DNA from: Thermoproteota archaeon
GTDB lineage: Archaea > Korarchaeota > Korarchaeia > Korarchaeales > JAOZGB01
DNA: 64,000 nt
Reading direction: 5' to 3'
Assembly (NCBI GenBank): GCA_037917685.1
Contig: JAVCBU010000016.1
Span: 1 to 64,000 of the forward strand
Made by a program: the position numbers and the translations under genes. Numbering within the stretch: position 1 is the first letter of the stretch; the number at the start of each line of letters is the position of its first letter. The notes below the pieces were generated by a model. The model was given only the letters and a program-made list of their open reading frames with translations, did no database searches and was not told the origin of the DNA. Shown here one piece after another: positions 19,706 to 29,010 of the stretch.

Positions 19706-20521
19706 CTACATGTAGCCTAGAGCCCTAAGCTTCTGCATCATATATGCTTTCTCCTTATCCTGGGCTCTACCAGCCCTCTCTGGGATCTTCGTGGTCTCTA
19801 TCTCCCTTATGATCTTGTCGATCGTGTCGGCCTCCGAGGCGACGGGTACGCAGCAGGTCTCACATCCTATGCTTCTATACCTGTAGCCTGGCTTCCTTGC
19901 ACCAGAGAAGTATAGTGGAACGACTGGTATCCCTTCCCTCTTAATGTAGCGCCAGATGTCTATCTCCCGCCAGTGGAGCATTGGGTGGATCCTCATATGT
20001 GTCTCAGCATCCTCGACCTGGTTAAACTGCTCCCAGAGCTCGGGGGGCTGGTTAATATAATCCCACTTAAAGTCCTTGTCTCGCCAGGAGAAGTATCTCT
20101 CTTTAGCCCTTATGCCATGCTCATCTCGCCTAATAGCTAGGAGCAGCGCCTTGAAACCATGCTTCTCGATAGCCTGCTTCAACGCTTGTGTTTTAAGGGC
20201 TGTACAACACTCGAATCTCCCCTTGGACGGTCCCATCCCATTTCTAAGGGCTTCCTCATTTCTTGCAATTATCAGCCTCAGCTTCCAATCCTTGGTTAGT
20301 TTGTCCCTGAACTCGTAGATCTCCCTGAACTTGAAAGACGTGTCTATGTGTACCACTGGGATGGGTACTTCCCCGAAAAATGCCTTCCTAACCATGTAAA
20401 GGAGTGTTGTTGAGTCCTTCCCCCATGAGACGAGAACTGCAAGCCTGTCCCGATAGCTATGATAGGCTTCCCTTATGATGTAGATGCTCCTGGCCTCAAG
20501 CTCATCAAGATAATCGTACAC
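19706..20521 (-). CDS. cysD: Sulfate adenylyltransferase subunit 2
   Basis: LDELEARSIYIIREA, SWGKDS PP-loop, RAKERYFS, YRSIGC, ERAGR. Confidence 0.95.
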   Translation of the reverse strand: MYDYLDELEARSIYIIREAYHSYRDRLAVLVSWGKDSTTLLYMVRKAFFGEVPIPVVHIDTSFKFREIYEFRDKLTKDWKLRLIIARNEEALRNGMGPSKGRFECCTALKTQALKQAIEKHGFKALLLAIRRDEHGIRAKERYFSWRDKDFKWDYINQPPELWEQFNQVEDAETHMRIHPMLHWREIDIWRYIKREGIPVVPLYFSGARKPGYRYRSIGCETCCVPVASEADTIDKIIREIETTKIPERAGRAQDKEKAYMMQKLRALGYM

Positions 20522-20529
20522 GAAACCAC

Positions 20530-20551
20530 TGACACTCTAATTGGAGTGTCA
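20530..20551. promoter_or_regulatory. Near-perfect 22-bp palindrome between the TATA box and the cysD start (putative operator)
   Basis: TGACACTC-TAATTG-GAGTGTCA; minus-strand TTTATATTT at 20552-20560. Confidence 0.65.
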
Positions 20552-20739
20552 AAATATAAACCTTTCCATAGTTTTCAGGTCCAGTTAAAATTCTCTCTAA
20601 TAAGTTCACCTTCTCGAGTTCACATATCCCCTCAAGAAAGGAAAGAGTGCACATGGTCTACGATCGCATAGTCGAGGACCAAGATATTTCTCAAATCGTC
20701 AAGAAATGATAATCTTTCCGAAATATGGCTCCAAATCTG

Positions 20740-20958
20740 TTAATCGAAGTATCCAAGCCTCTTGAGCCTTTCCCTAACCTCCTTTATCATATGCTTCTCC
20801 AATGATTCCTCTTCCACCAGCTCACCCCCGGTTACGACCATCCTCATTATGAAGACGATGAATTCTGTGACACTTGAGAACCCCGTGTCTCTGATTGTCT
20901 CTTTAAGCCTAAGATAGAGCTCCCTTGGGATCTTAATCGTTACCTTCTCACCAGCCAA
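20740..20958 (-). CDS. CopG/ribbon-helix-helix protein with C-terminal ERLKRLGYFD
   Basis: KVTIKIPRELY...GFSSVTEFI RHH pattern. Confidence 0.85.
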   Translation of the reverse strand: MAGEKVTIKIPRELYLRLKETIRDTGFSSVTEFIVFIMRMVVTGGELVEEESLEKHMIKEVRERLKRLGYFD

Positions 20959-21032
20959 GGGGACACCAATTTATGGACAGCTAGAGTCCAATAAAAGATT
21001 AACTTAATATTTTTAACAGGCTTCTCAAATGT

Positions 21033-21248
21033 ATGCCTTCAGGAGAAAAAGTGGCTGTGAAACTAAGCAGGGAAATCTACGAGAGGGCTAAAAGATACAT
21101 TGAGAAAGAGGGAGGATTCGACTCTGTAGACGAGTTCGTGGAGTTCGTGGTTGAGCACGTACTTGAAGAGGAGTCCCCCCAGGCAGCGTACACACCTGAA
21201 GAAGAAGAAAAAATAAAAGAGAGGCTGAGAAGTCTAGGATACCTATAG
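21033..21248 (+). CDS. CopG/ribbon-helix-helix protein with C-terminal ERLRSLGYL
   Basis: KVAVKLSREIY...GFDSVDEFV RHH pattern; paralogue of the divergent gene. Confidence 0.87.
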   Translation: MPSGEKVAVKLSREIYERAKRYIEKEGGFDSVDEFVEFVVEHVLEEESPQAAYTPEEEEKIKERLRSLGYL

Positions 21249-21286
21249 TCTCATCTTACAAACACCGAGTTAAGGGAAAGCCTTGG

Positions 21287-22009
21287 GTGTGGGGGTTGCT
21301 CGTAATACTTGGCCTTGACGGATTAGAATACGAGTACGTCCTAGAGTTCAACTGTAAAAACCTCATGCAGGAACATTATGGGAAGACAGATATATCCATG
21401 TTTAAAGAGCCGAGGACAGTTGTAATATGGTCCTCATTCCTAGCGGGCAGAAACCTTGAAAACGAAATACTGAAGCACGAAGACCTCTGGAGCTTCAGGT
21501 TGAAGCCCGAGCAAACCTTCTTCTCCAAGTACAAGAAGTGGGAAGCCATAGACGTCCCAGGCTTCACCCATAAATACGAAGAGCACAAGCAGGAGAGAGA
21601 ACTTCTGAAAGGCTTCTTCGACGGTACGGTCACGGTTCAAGAATACGATGAGGCAGCCTTTAGGCATCATAGGCAAAACAAGCAAGAGTTCAACGAAGCA
21701 CTGCAGCAGGACCTGGAAATACTGATGGGCTACTTCCCCCTAGCAGACACAATTGGACACCTAAGCTTCGGAGTTAAAACGAAGATGAAAATAATCTACA
21801 GGGAGCTTGACAGCATCGCTGGAAAAGTGAGACTGGCAGGGCACAGGCTCCTAATAATATCAGACCACGGTATGAAGCCTGTCGGGAGATTCGGAGACCA
21901 CACAAACTATGGCTACTACTCGACGAATTTCAAAATAGATCTAGGTAAGCCAGGAATAACCCAGTTCAGGAAAATTATAGAAGACTTCACGTATAAAAGT
22001 AGGGAGTGA
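21287..22009 (+). CDS. Compact AlkP-superfamily (NPP/phosphodiesterase-like) enzyme
   Basis: LGLDG, PRTVVIWSSFLAG (Thr nucleophile position), DTIGH, SDHG, GDH. Confidence 0.85.
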   Translation: MWGLLVILGLDGLEYEYVLEFNCKNLMQEHYGKTDISMFKEPRTVVIWSSFLAGRNLENEILKHEDLWSFRLKPEQTFFSKYKKWEAIDVPGFTHKYEEHKQERELLKGFFDGTVTVQEYDEAAFRHHRQNKQEFNEALQQDLEILMGYFPLADTIGHLSFGVKTKMKIIYRELDSIAGKVRLAGHRLLIISDHGMKPVGRFGDHTNYGYYSTNFKIDLGKPGITQFRKIIEDFTYKSRE

Positions 22010-22014
22010 TGGGG

Positions 22015-22357
22015 TTACCTCCTCCTTTCCATGTATACGGCGAATGAAGTAGCACACCTTGTTGGGTCTGTTCCAACCACTGTGAGAGGAGTATCCAGCA
22101 AGTAATCGCCTATGGATAGGTCGCTTGTAAGTCCATCATGGAATATGTGATACCTTCCCCACCACACATTCTCAGTGGTTCCGGGATACTCAAAGTCCTA
22201 AACGTTTACTCTTATAAGGTTGTTAGTCATCCATTAGTTTGTAGGCGTCCTTGAAGTCTCAGTATCCTGCTTCTCAGGCGGCTGACTAGCCATCATCCCT
22301 ATCTGCAGCAATAATACCACTACCATTAGAATTAGTAAGGGTAACACTTCTCCTCAT
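22015..22357 (-). pseudogene. Decayed secreted/surface protein
   Basis: MRR(fs)VLPLLILMVVVLLLQIG signal peptide, two in-frame stops, ends AVYMERRR*. Confidence 0.45.
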
Positions 22358-22444
22358 AGGCCTCGAGGCTATGTAGTTGACCCTTTTTAATTTTTCGCGT
22401 TTACGGTTAGACCCCGTATTTGAGATTTAGACTATCTCAGCCTC

Positions 22445-23152
22445 CTATATGCTTTTCTCCAAGCCTCTTATATATTCCTCCACTATCTTCACTCCAGAAC
22501 TCGTGCCGATCCTATCTGCTCCAGCCTCGACCATTTCGAGTGCTTGTCTAAGATTTCTTATCCCCCCTGCGGCTTTAACCTTTGCTTTACCCTTAACCGT
22601 CTTCTTCATAAGCCTAACATGTTCAGCTTTTGCACCTTCAGGCCCGAAGCCTGTTGAAGTCTTAACGTAGTCCGCCCCTGCATCCACCGCTATTTCGCAG
22701 GCTCTAACTATTTCTTCATTGGTGAGGTAACATGTTTCTATAATAACCTTGACCGGGACCCCTACCTCCACAACTCCTTTGATGTCGCTGAGGACGGCTT
22801 CGTAGTCTCTCGACTTGAAAGCCCCCAGGTTCATAACCATGTCTATTTCATCGGCGCCATCCTCAACCACACGGGCGGCTTCGAAAGCCTTAACCTCGGG
22901 CTTAGCCATCCCAAGGGGGAAGCCTACCACTGTTACAACCTTAACCTTCGAGCCCTTAAGCCTCTCCTTGCAAGTTTTAACCCAGTAGGGGTTAACGCAG
23001 ACCCCTGCGAATCCATACTTCAAGGCATCATCGCACAGTTTTAGAATAGAGTCTAATGGTTCAAATGGTTTAAGAAGCGTATAATCAATCATCCCGGCAA
23101 GCCTCTCCAAGCTAAGCCTGATTTCAGCCATCAGAAATGAAATACCTTGCAT
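22445..23152 (-). CDS. deoC: Deoxyribose-phosphate aldolase
   Basis: IDYTLLKP, VVGFPLG, ADEIDMV, KVIIET, VKTSTGF, KAAGGIR, RIGTSS. Confidence 0.97.
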   Translation of the reverse strand: MQGISFLMAEIRLSLERLAGMIDYTLLKPFEPLDSILKLCDDALKYGFAGVCVNPYWVKTCKERLKGSKVKVVTVVGFPLGMAKPEVKAFEAARVVEDGADEIDMVMNLGAFKSRDYEAVLSDIKGVVEVGVPVKVIIETCYLTNEEIVRACEIAVDAGADYVKTSTGFGPEGAKAEHVRLMKKTVKGKAKVKAAGGIRNLRQALEMVEAGADRIGTSSGVKIVEEYIRGLEKSI

Positions 23153-23453
23153 ATTTTAAAATCCACTACTTAACTAAACCTTCAGAAAAACTCTGCTGAA
23201 CACCAGACCGTAGATCATGAGTATAATAGAGGTGAGGGAGAGTAGGCTTCAATCGAAAGGAGTGCAGCAAAAGTTGAAGTAACGGACGCAGAAGCGTGGA
23301 TGCTTTAAACATCAGGAACTACACATAGGGATATGTCCTCCATAGCAACCCCCAGATAGAACGCGTATTGGAATCCATGCTGTAGGCTGAGATTTTAAGT
23401 GTCTGTTGATGAGGTTACCTCCAGCATTAAAAATGTAATTCTGGGAACGTCTT

Positions 23454-25754
23454 ATGATGATCAACCTTTATAAGTGCCAGAATCCTACCTCATTAAGGAT
23501 GCAGATGGTCAAGATACGAACTACTACCCTTATTATAGCCCTTCTACTCCTAGCAGGCAGCATTGTAGGAAGCTTGCATGTGGAATCCTCAACTTCAACC
23601 CCCATGGAGACAGTTACGATCTTCGCTGATGCCGATGCCCTCATAACAGAGGCTGTTCCCGATAATAATTGGGGTGATTATGAGTATTTAAGCGTGGGGG
23701 TAGGAAGCAATAATAAGAAGATTAGGACACTCCTGCACTTTGACTTCAGCGTTATACCGGAGGGTTCAACTATAGTTAGCGCCGAACTTCACCTTACATT
23801 TGCAATGATGTATTTCGGCACAGGAGCAGCAAACATAAAGGTTTATTGGTTAGTAAACGGCGGGTTCGACGAGGACTGCGTAACATGGTATAGGAGGACC
23901 TGTACGGAAAACTGGCCGGATCCCGGGGGAGAGTACAGCTCAGCAGTCCCACCCCTAGATTCAGTTCAAGTGTCAGCGAATAACAATGCATGTGATGATA
24001 TAGTATTCAATATTAAATATTATGTTGATAAAGTGGTTAACCATGGCTGGAGCGGTTTCGGACTCATGCTTACAGCTGATGATGCCAACGACTTTGCAAG
24101 GTTCTACTCGAAGGAAGGTGCCTCTGGAAGCGGCTGCTCCGGCGAGGCAAGGCCAAGAGTTGTAGTAACCTATACACCCCCGGGCTACAGTATAAACCTT
24201 ATTCAGCCATCCGGGGGAGAAGTACTCACTGCAGGCCAAACTTACCAGATTAAATGGCAGTCATCCGCCGCAATCGGAAAAATAGTAATATTATTCTCCC
24301 CAGATGGAGGTGCCACATGGAATGCGGTAGACTGTGTAGACAACACGGGGGGAGTAATGACCTACACATGGCATGTTCCAGAAATAGAGTCAAGCCAATG
24401 CAAGATATGGGTAAGAATGCTATCCAGTTGCAGCGGCCCGGCAGTTCTATACGCTGAAGATCAAAGCGGACTGTTTACAATTACGATCCCCGAAGAAGCC
24501 GACTTCACAATAGACTTATCACCTGATGAGATAAGCGTCCAGGCTGGGGAGCAAGCGTCATTCACCATAACAATCACCCCGACAGGGGGGTTCTCAGCAA
24601 CATTATACTTCTCTGTCTCAGGCCTACCCCTAGACGCCTCCTACAACCTAGTGCCAACAGGCCCCTACACCATAACCCTACTAGTGCAAACCGGAAGCAC
24701 AACAGGAACCTTCACAATAACAGTTACAGCAACGGGAGGCGGGAAAACCCATAGCGACACGGCGACCCTAATAATAAACCCGCCTCCTACGACTACTCCT
24801 CCGCCTACGACTACTCAGCCTCCTACGACTACTCCTCCGCCTACGACTACTCAGCCTCCTACGACTACTCCTCCGCCTACAACCCCTGCACCATCCTTCG
24901 ATTTTACAATTAGTGTCCAGCCATCTACTGTAACAGTTAGCCCCGGTGACACCGTATCATTTGCTGTGACCGTTGAGCTTGTATCTGGAACCGCGGAGTC
25001 CATCTCTCTATCGGTGGCCGGGCTTCCGTCAGAGTTTACCTGGAGCTTTAACCCACCCTCCGTGACGCCAACTGGCGTTTCAACACTAAATATAAATGTT
25101 GGGGACAAGCCGGGCACTTATACCTTTGTTGTCGCGGCTACGGGTGGCGGGGTAACTAGAACAGCAACGGCGACAATCACAGTCGAGGAGGGGAAGAAAT
25201 GTATTATTGCAACCGTCACCTATGGCGGTGAACTTTCTGACGAGGTACAACTGTTGAGAGGTTATAGAGACAGATTTATAATGAAAAGCTTCCTTGGAAA
25301 GAGCTTCATGTACGCATTTAACAAATTCTACTACTCATGGAGCCCAGCGGTGGCATCGAGGATAGATGGAAACGAGATTCTCAAAGGCTACGTGAGGGTA
25401 TCGCTGTATCCATTAATATACATTCTTCAGGCTACGAACTGGCTGACCCTACATATGGTAGGCATAAGCCTTGAAGCTGCTGTTTTAGTGGCAGGGATGC
25501 TGGCCTCAGCCCTAATAGGAATAGTGTACTTGGCCCCAACAATATACCTAATAGGGACGATATGGAATCTGAGACCGTCAAAGAAAACGATTCTAATCAT
25601 AGCCTCCAATGTAGCCCTATGGACTGCTATAAGCCTATTCTCAATCCTTACATGTGCCAATGGCATTGCAGTAATATCTACGTCCCTTCTCGTGCTATCA
25701 ACGATTGTTCTTAGCTCAACAGCAGTCGCAAAAGCAACTATGAAAGTTCTCTAA
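23454..25754 (+). CDS. Secreted surface protein: DNRLRE-like domain, Ig-like domains, Pro/Thr linker and CFI-box-type C-terminal domain (start probably 23499-23505)
   Basis: Signal peptide; ADADALI...NNWG...RTLLHFDFS...IVSAELHL; KKCIIATVTYG...VQLLRGYRD...FYYSWSP; 3 C-terminal TM helices. Confidence 0.85.
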   Translation: MMINLYKCQNPTSLRMQMVKIRTTTLIIALLLLAGSIVGSLHVESSTSTPMETVTIFADADALITEAVPDNNWGDYEYLSVGVGSNNKKIRTLLHFDFSVIPEGSTIVSAELHLTFAMMYFGTGAANIKVYWLVNGGFDEDCVTWYRRTCTENWPDPGGEYSSAVPPLDSVQVSANNNACDDIVFNIKYYVDKVVNHGWSGFGLMLTADDANDFARFYSKEGASGSGCSGEARPRVVVTYTPPGYSINLIQPSGGEVLTAGQTYQIKWQSSAAIGKIVILFSPDGGATWNAVDCVDNTGGVMTYTWHVPEIESSQCKIWVRMLSSCSGPAVLYAEDQSGLFTITIPEEADFTIDLSPDEISVQAGEQASFTITITPTGGFSATLYFSVSGLPLDASYNLVPTGPYTITLLVQTGSTTGTFTITVTATGGGKTHSDTATLIINPPPTTTPPPTTTQPPTTTPPPTTTQPPTTTPPPTTPAPSFDFTISVQPSTVTVSPGDTVSFAVTVELVSGTAESISLSVAGLPSEFTWSFNPPSVTPTGVSTLNINVGDKPGTYTFVVAATGGGVTRTATATITVEEGKKCIIATVTYGGELSDEVQLLRGYRDRFIMKSFLGKSFMYAFNKFYYSWSPAVASRIDGNEILKGYVRVSLYPLIYILQATNWLTLHMVGISLEAAVLVAGMLASALIGIVYLAPTIYLIGTIWNLRPSKKTILIIASNVALWTAISLFSILTCANGIAVISTSLLVLSTIVLSSTAVAKATMKVL
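24780..24887 (+). repeat. Six 18-bp tandem units (PPPTTT/QPPTTT) with a 36-bp higher-order period
   Basis: ccgcctcctacgactact / cctccgcctacgactact / cagcctcctacgactact... Confidence 0.95.
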
Positions 25755-26211
25755 CCCCTCTTTCTTTCCAATAAATGTACTTGAAAGTCTCCACCAGGAT
25801 GGAGCCAGCGTATAACAGGATAAATGATACAGCGAAGAACCTGAAATTCAATCTTAGCATTACGTTCCCCCTCCTATGTTGATCATTAACATTGCTACAA
25901 TAGTAAATTTTGACTCTTTGGAGATCTCCAGTGTCAGGATTTTCCACATAGAACTCTTCAACTTCAACCTTGACACCTGAGTAGTAAACCTCCCATCGCC
26001 TTAAATTTGTGACATTAACACTTCTGATACCCCTGTAGACAGCCATTAAAATTAAGGAGATGGAACCTGCTAAGATAAGTAAGAATAATAGGAAAGTTCT
26101 CGACCTCACTGTTATCAGAGGTAAAGAGATCTCTAGAATTACAAAGAGTAGGGACAATAGATATAGATCAATCATCAACCTCATAAGTAGAGTAATGTTG
26201 CAGGGAAACAT
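25738..26211 (-). CDS. Hypothetical membrane protein (possibly 5'-truncated)
   Basis: 3 TM helices; no family recognised. Confidence 0.45.
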   Translation of the reverse strand: MFPCNITLLMRLMIDLYLLSLLFVILEISLPLITVRSRTFLLFLLILAGSISLILMAVYRGIRSVNVTNLRRWEVYYSGVKVEVEEFYVENPDTGDLQRVKIYYCSNVNDQHRRGNVMLRLNFRFFAVSFILLYAGSILVETFKYIYWKERGVRELS

Positions 26212-26333
26212 TCATAAGGAAAGCAGTCTTATGACTCCGTGGGATGATGAGTACATCGAGTATGCGGATGATCCGATGAAGATCAGAGGGTCACCTGACT
26301 TATCCCATCCCTTAGATAACAGTTATCATAGAA

Positions 26334-27311
26334 CTAGGCTGTTACTTTAACCTCCTCGACTACTACTCTTCTATAGTTTTTGTCCTCTGTCTCCACATCT
26401 TCGAGAACTCCTGTTGCAATCAGCCTTTCACCTTTAGATGCAATCCCACAGTACCTTCCCCGATACCACGCGATCTCCGTGATTTCATCATCGTCGCACT
26501 CAACTTTCACCCAGCCTGGAGTAAATATGGAGTAGCTGTCCTCTACGACTACACAGTTAACAGTGGCTCTTCCTATTCTTCTAAATCTAACCATGCCATA
26601 CTTCCACCTGTACTCCTGAGGTTCAAGTATGAATTTGACGAAATACTCTGATCCCCTATATGTACCCTGGAATAACCTGTCGGATTCAAATGCGCAGAAC
26701 TCTCTGAATCCCATATATCTGTAGGCCATCCTTCTCATATAGATCCTCCTTAACATCTCTTCGGTGAGGGGTTGAATTATACCTTCACATCTTAGTTTGA
26801 GCAGGGCTCTGTAAACCCTCCAACAGTTCTGGTATCCATAGACGTTTACGTCAATGTCTGATAGCGGTTGTTCAAGTCCGAGCAAGATGGACCCGGAGAC
26901 TCCGAAGCATCCGGCGCAGGCGCTGGCCTCCACTCTAAGGGTCCTGATAAACTCTACAGCCTTGGATCTGAGAGCTGTTATCTTAGCATTAGAGCAAAGC
27001 TTCAGATAGCCTTCCTTTGGCTTGTAAACTTTTACAACCTCTACCAATGGGATTAGAGGGACTGTCATCCCCAAGTACGGGTCTTGTCTCAAGTAATGAG
27101 GATAATTCTCTCGTAAAAACTTAAGCCGGGCTCTTAGGTCGTTAATCCTTATATATCTCCTTCCCTCTCTTATTCTCTCACCCTGAGGTGACGGTACATA
27201 CTTGGGGTATGCTAGAACAGTGCCAGGTGGATGAAGGAACCCTCTAACATCAAAGATAACTCCAGATCTTACTTCTACGTAGTCTCCCTCAAATATCAAC
27301 TTGAACTTCAC
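26334..27311 (-). CDS. Archaeal predicted nucleotidyltransferase (COG1665-like)
   Basis: GVSGSILLGL...SDIDVNVYG pol-beta motif; GFLHP...PKY. Confidence 0.8.
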   Translation of the reverse strand: MKFKLIFEGDYVEVRSGVIFDVRGFLHPPGTVLAYPKYVPSPQGERIREGRRYIRINDLRARLKFLRENYPHYLRQDPYLGMTVPLIPLVEVVKVYKPKEGYLKLCSNAKITALRSKAVEFIRTLRVEASACAGCFGVSGSILLGLEQPLSDIDVNVYGYQNCWRVYRALLKLRCEGIIQPLTEEMLRRIYMRRMAYRYMGFREFCAFESDRLFQGTYRGSEYFVKFILEPQEYRWKYGMVRFRRIGRATVNCVVVEDSYSIFTPGWVKVECDDDEITEIAWYRGRYCGIASKGERLIATGVLEDVETEDKNYRRVVVEEVKVTA

Positions 27312-27357
27312 CGGGATGCTTGGACATAAAATTTTTGCGTTTTAAAAAATAGATAAT

Positions 27358-28104
27358 ATGAAGATAATGAGTAGTGATATTAGAATCTTCTTTGTGATAA
27401 TGAAAGATCAGAAATATGGGAGGAGGATTGTAGAGAACATAGCTGTTAGAGGCTTCCCACACTGGATCTACGGTGTACACGAGTTCGACAAGGTTCCACC
27501 TGCGAGTGTCCTGTTAGACGAGTCTCCTGAGCTTGACAATTATCTCCCAGATAGCTTGCCCGAGTGCGACCTTGTCATATCCCTCGGCCTCCCAAGCGAG
27601 CTACAGGCCACTGTTCCGATAATAGTGGAGAGATGCAAGGCTAAAGCCGTAATAATAGCTGTTGACGACTCATCCTGGGTTCCACCAGGCCTGAAGAGAC
27701 AGCTGATAGATGAGTTTGAACGCCTAGGCGTAGGCTACGCCTTCCCAAAACCCTTGTGTAGCCTAGAAGAAACAGGAGATCCTATAATAGACATATTTAC
27801 TAGGCACTTCGGAAAACCAAAGCTAAAGATAGAGCTGGAAAAAGGAGTAATACGGCGTATAGAAGTGGTCAGGGGAGCCCCTTGTGGTTCAACATGGTAC
27901 ATAACAGATAAGCTTGTAGGAACACATATCAATCCTAGGGAGAAACTGTGGAAGGAGCTTGCAAAGGCTCACCACGTATACCCGTGTCTTGCAAGCATGC
28001 AGATTGACCCCGAAATAGGGGATGCTATACTTCACAAGTCTCAATACATTATCAGGGAGGCCGTCGACCAAGCTTTAAAACAAGAAAAGAAGTTAAGCGT
28101 GTAG
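27358..28104 (+). CDS. DUF166-family protein
   Basis: PKPLCSLE, FGKP, VVRGAPCGST, HHVYPCLASM, LHKS. Confidence 0.8.
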   Translation: MKIMSSDIRIFFVIMKDQKYGRRIVENIAVRGFPHWIYGVHEFDKVPPASVLLDESPELDNYLPDSLPECDLVISLGLPSELQATVPIIVERCKAKAVIIAVDDSSWVPPGLKRQLIDEFERLGVGYAFPKPLCSLEETGDPIIDIFTRHFGKPKLKIELEKGVIRRIEVVRGAPCGSTWYITDKLVGTHINPREKLWKELAKAHHVYPCLASMQIDPEIGDAILHKSQYIIREAVDQALKQEKKLSV

Positions 28105-28133
28105 CTATATTTTAAAAATATCGATACATAGAA

Positions 28134-28847
28134 TTGGTTGTGAGTAGAACCAAACTTTACGCTTACTCAGCAATATTCGCTTCCCTGCATGCGATCCTAT
28201 GCTTTATGGAGTGGCCATGGAGAAGGTGGTCTCTTTACATTGAGCCTTTAGAAGCTGTTGTTCTAGGACCGGTTGTAGGTCCCATAGCTGCCTTTGTAGG
28301 TTCGATACTTGGGAGGGCAATATTCATGCCTAACCTCTCGTCGTTCGCCTTCGGAGTACCAGCAGAAACAATAGGAGTCTTCACAGCTGCTAGGGCATGG
28401 CGTGGAGATTACAAAACACCCCTAGCCCTTATGGGTGCGATGCTGATAGCCTTCTATCTTCACCATGTTGGAAGGTCGATGCCTCCATGGACGCTTGCAG
28501 ACATATACCTAGCTTTAATAATTTCTCTACTCCTAATCGTTGGCAAAGGGATTTACGGTAAGCTCAAGGGAGTTGTTAAATCCAGCATTACAGGTTTTAT
28601 AGCGGCTACAGCGGATGCGATGGTAAGAGTGACGATACTTATCCCAGCCGGGGTCTATTCTCTCTTTGGCCTTGACACGGAAGCTCTAAGACTAATCTTC
28701 ACGGCAGGAGCTATATACTCCTTCGCGGAAGATATAATCATAACCATAATATCTACAGTAATCATCGTCGCCGTAGTTAGAGTGGTTAAGGAGGTGGAAG
28801 GAGCCTATACAGACGTTTCACAAAGGATTGAAGATATAACTTGCTAA
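28134..28847 (+). CDS. Membrane protein resembling an ECF transporter S-component
   Basis: AYSAIFASL, VLGPVVGPIAAFVGSILG; 6-7 TM helices. Confidence 0.6.
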   Translation: MVVSRTKLYAYSAIFASLHAILCFMEWPWRRWSLYIEPLEAVVLGPVVGPIAAFVGSILGRAIFMPNLSSFAFGVPAETIGVFTAARAWRGDYKTPLALMGAMLIAFYLHHVGRSMPPWTLADIYLALIISLLLIVGKGIYGKLKGVVKSSITGFIAATADAMVRVTILIPAGVYSLFGLDTEALRLIFTAGAIYSFAEDIIITIISTVIIVAVVRVVKEVEGAYTDVSQRIEDITC

Positions 28848-29010
28848 TTGTATGCATCCGGAAGGGCAGCAGCCTTTCCATAGGAAATTTAGGTTGAACC
28901 CCCTAGGTATCGATCTACTTTCATGGCCACTGTACATTCTGCTATGGGAATCTTTAGGCTAGAGTTCCCTTGGACGGCTGCGAATCTTCTAAAACGCGAA
29001 ATTGTTAAGG

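Noticed and set aside
23160-23450. Possible gene remnant between deoC and the surface protein
   Set aside because: The plus-strand frames I translated contain several stops and no recognisable motif.
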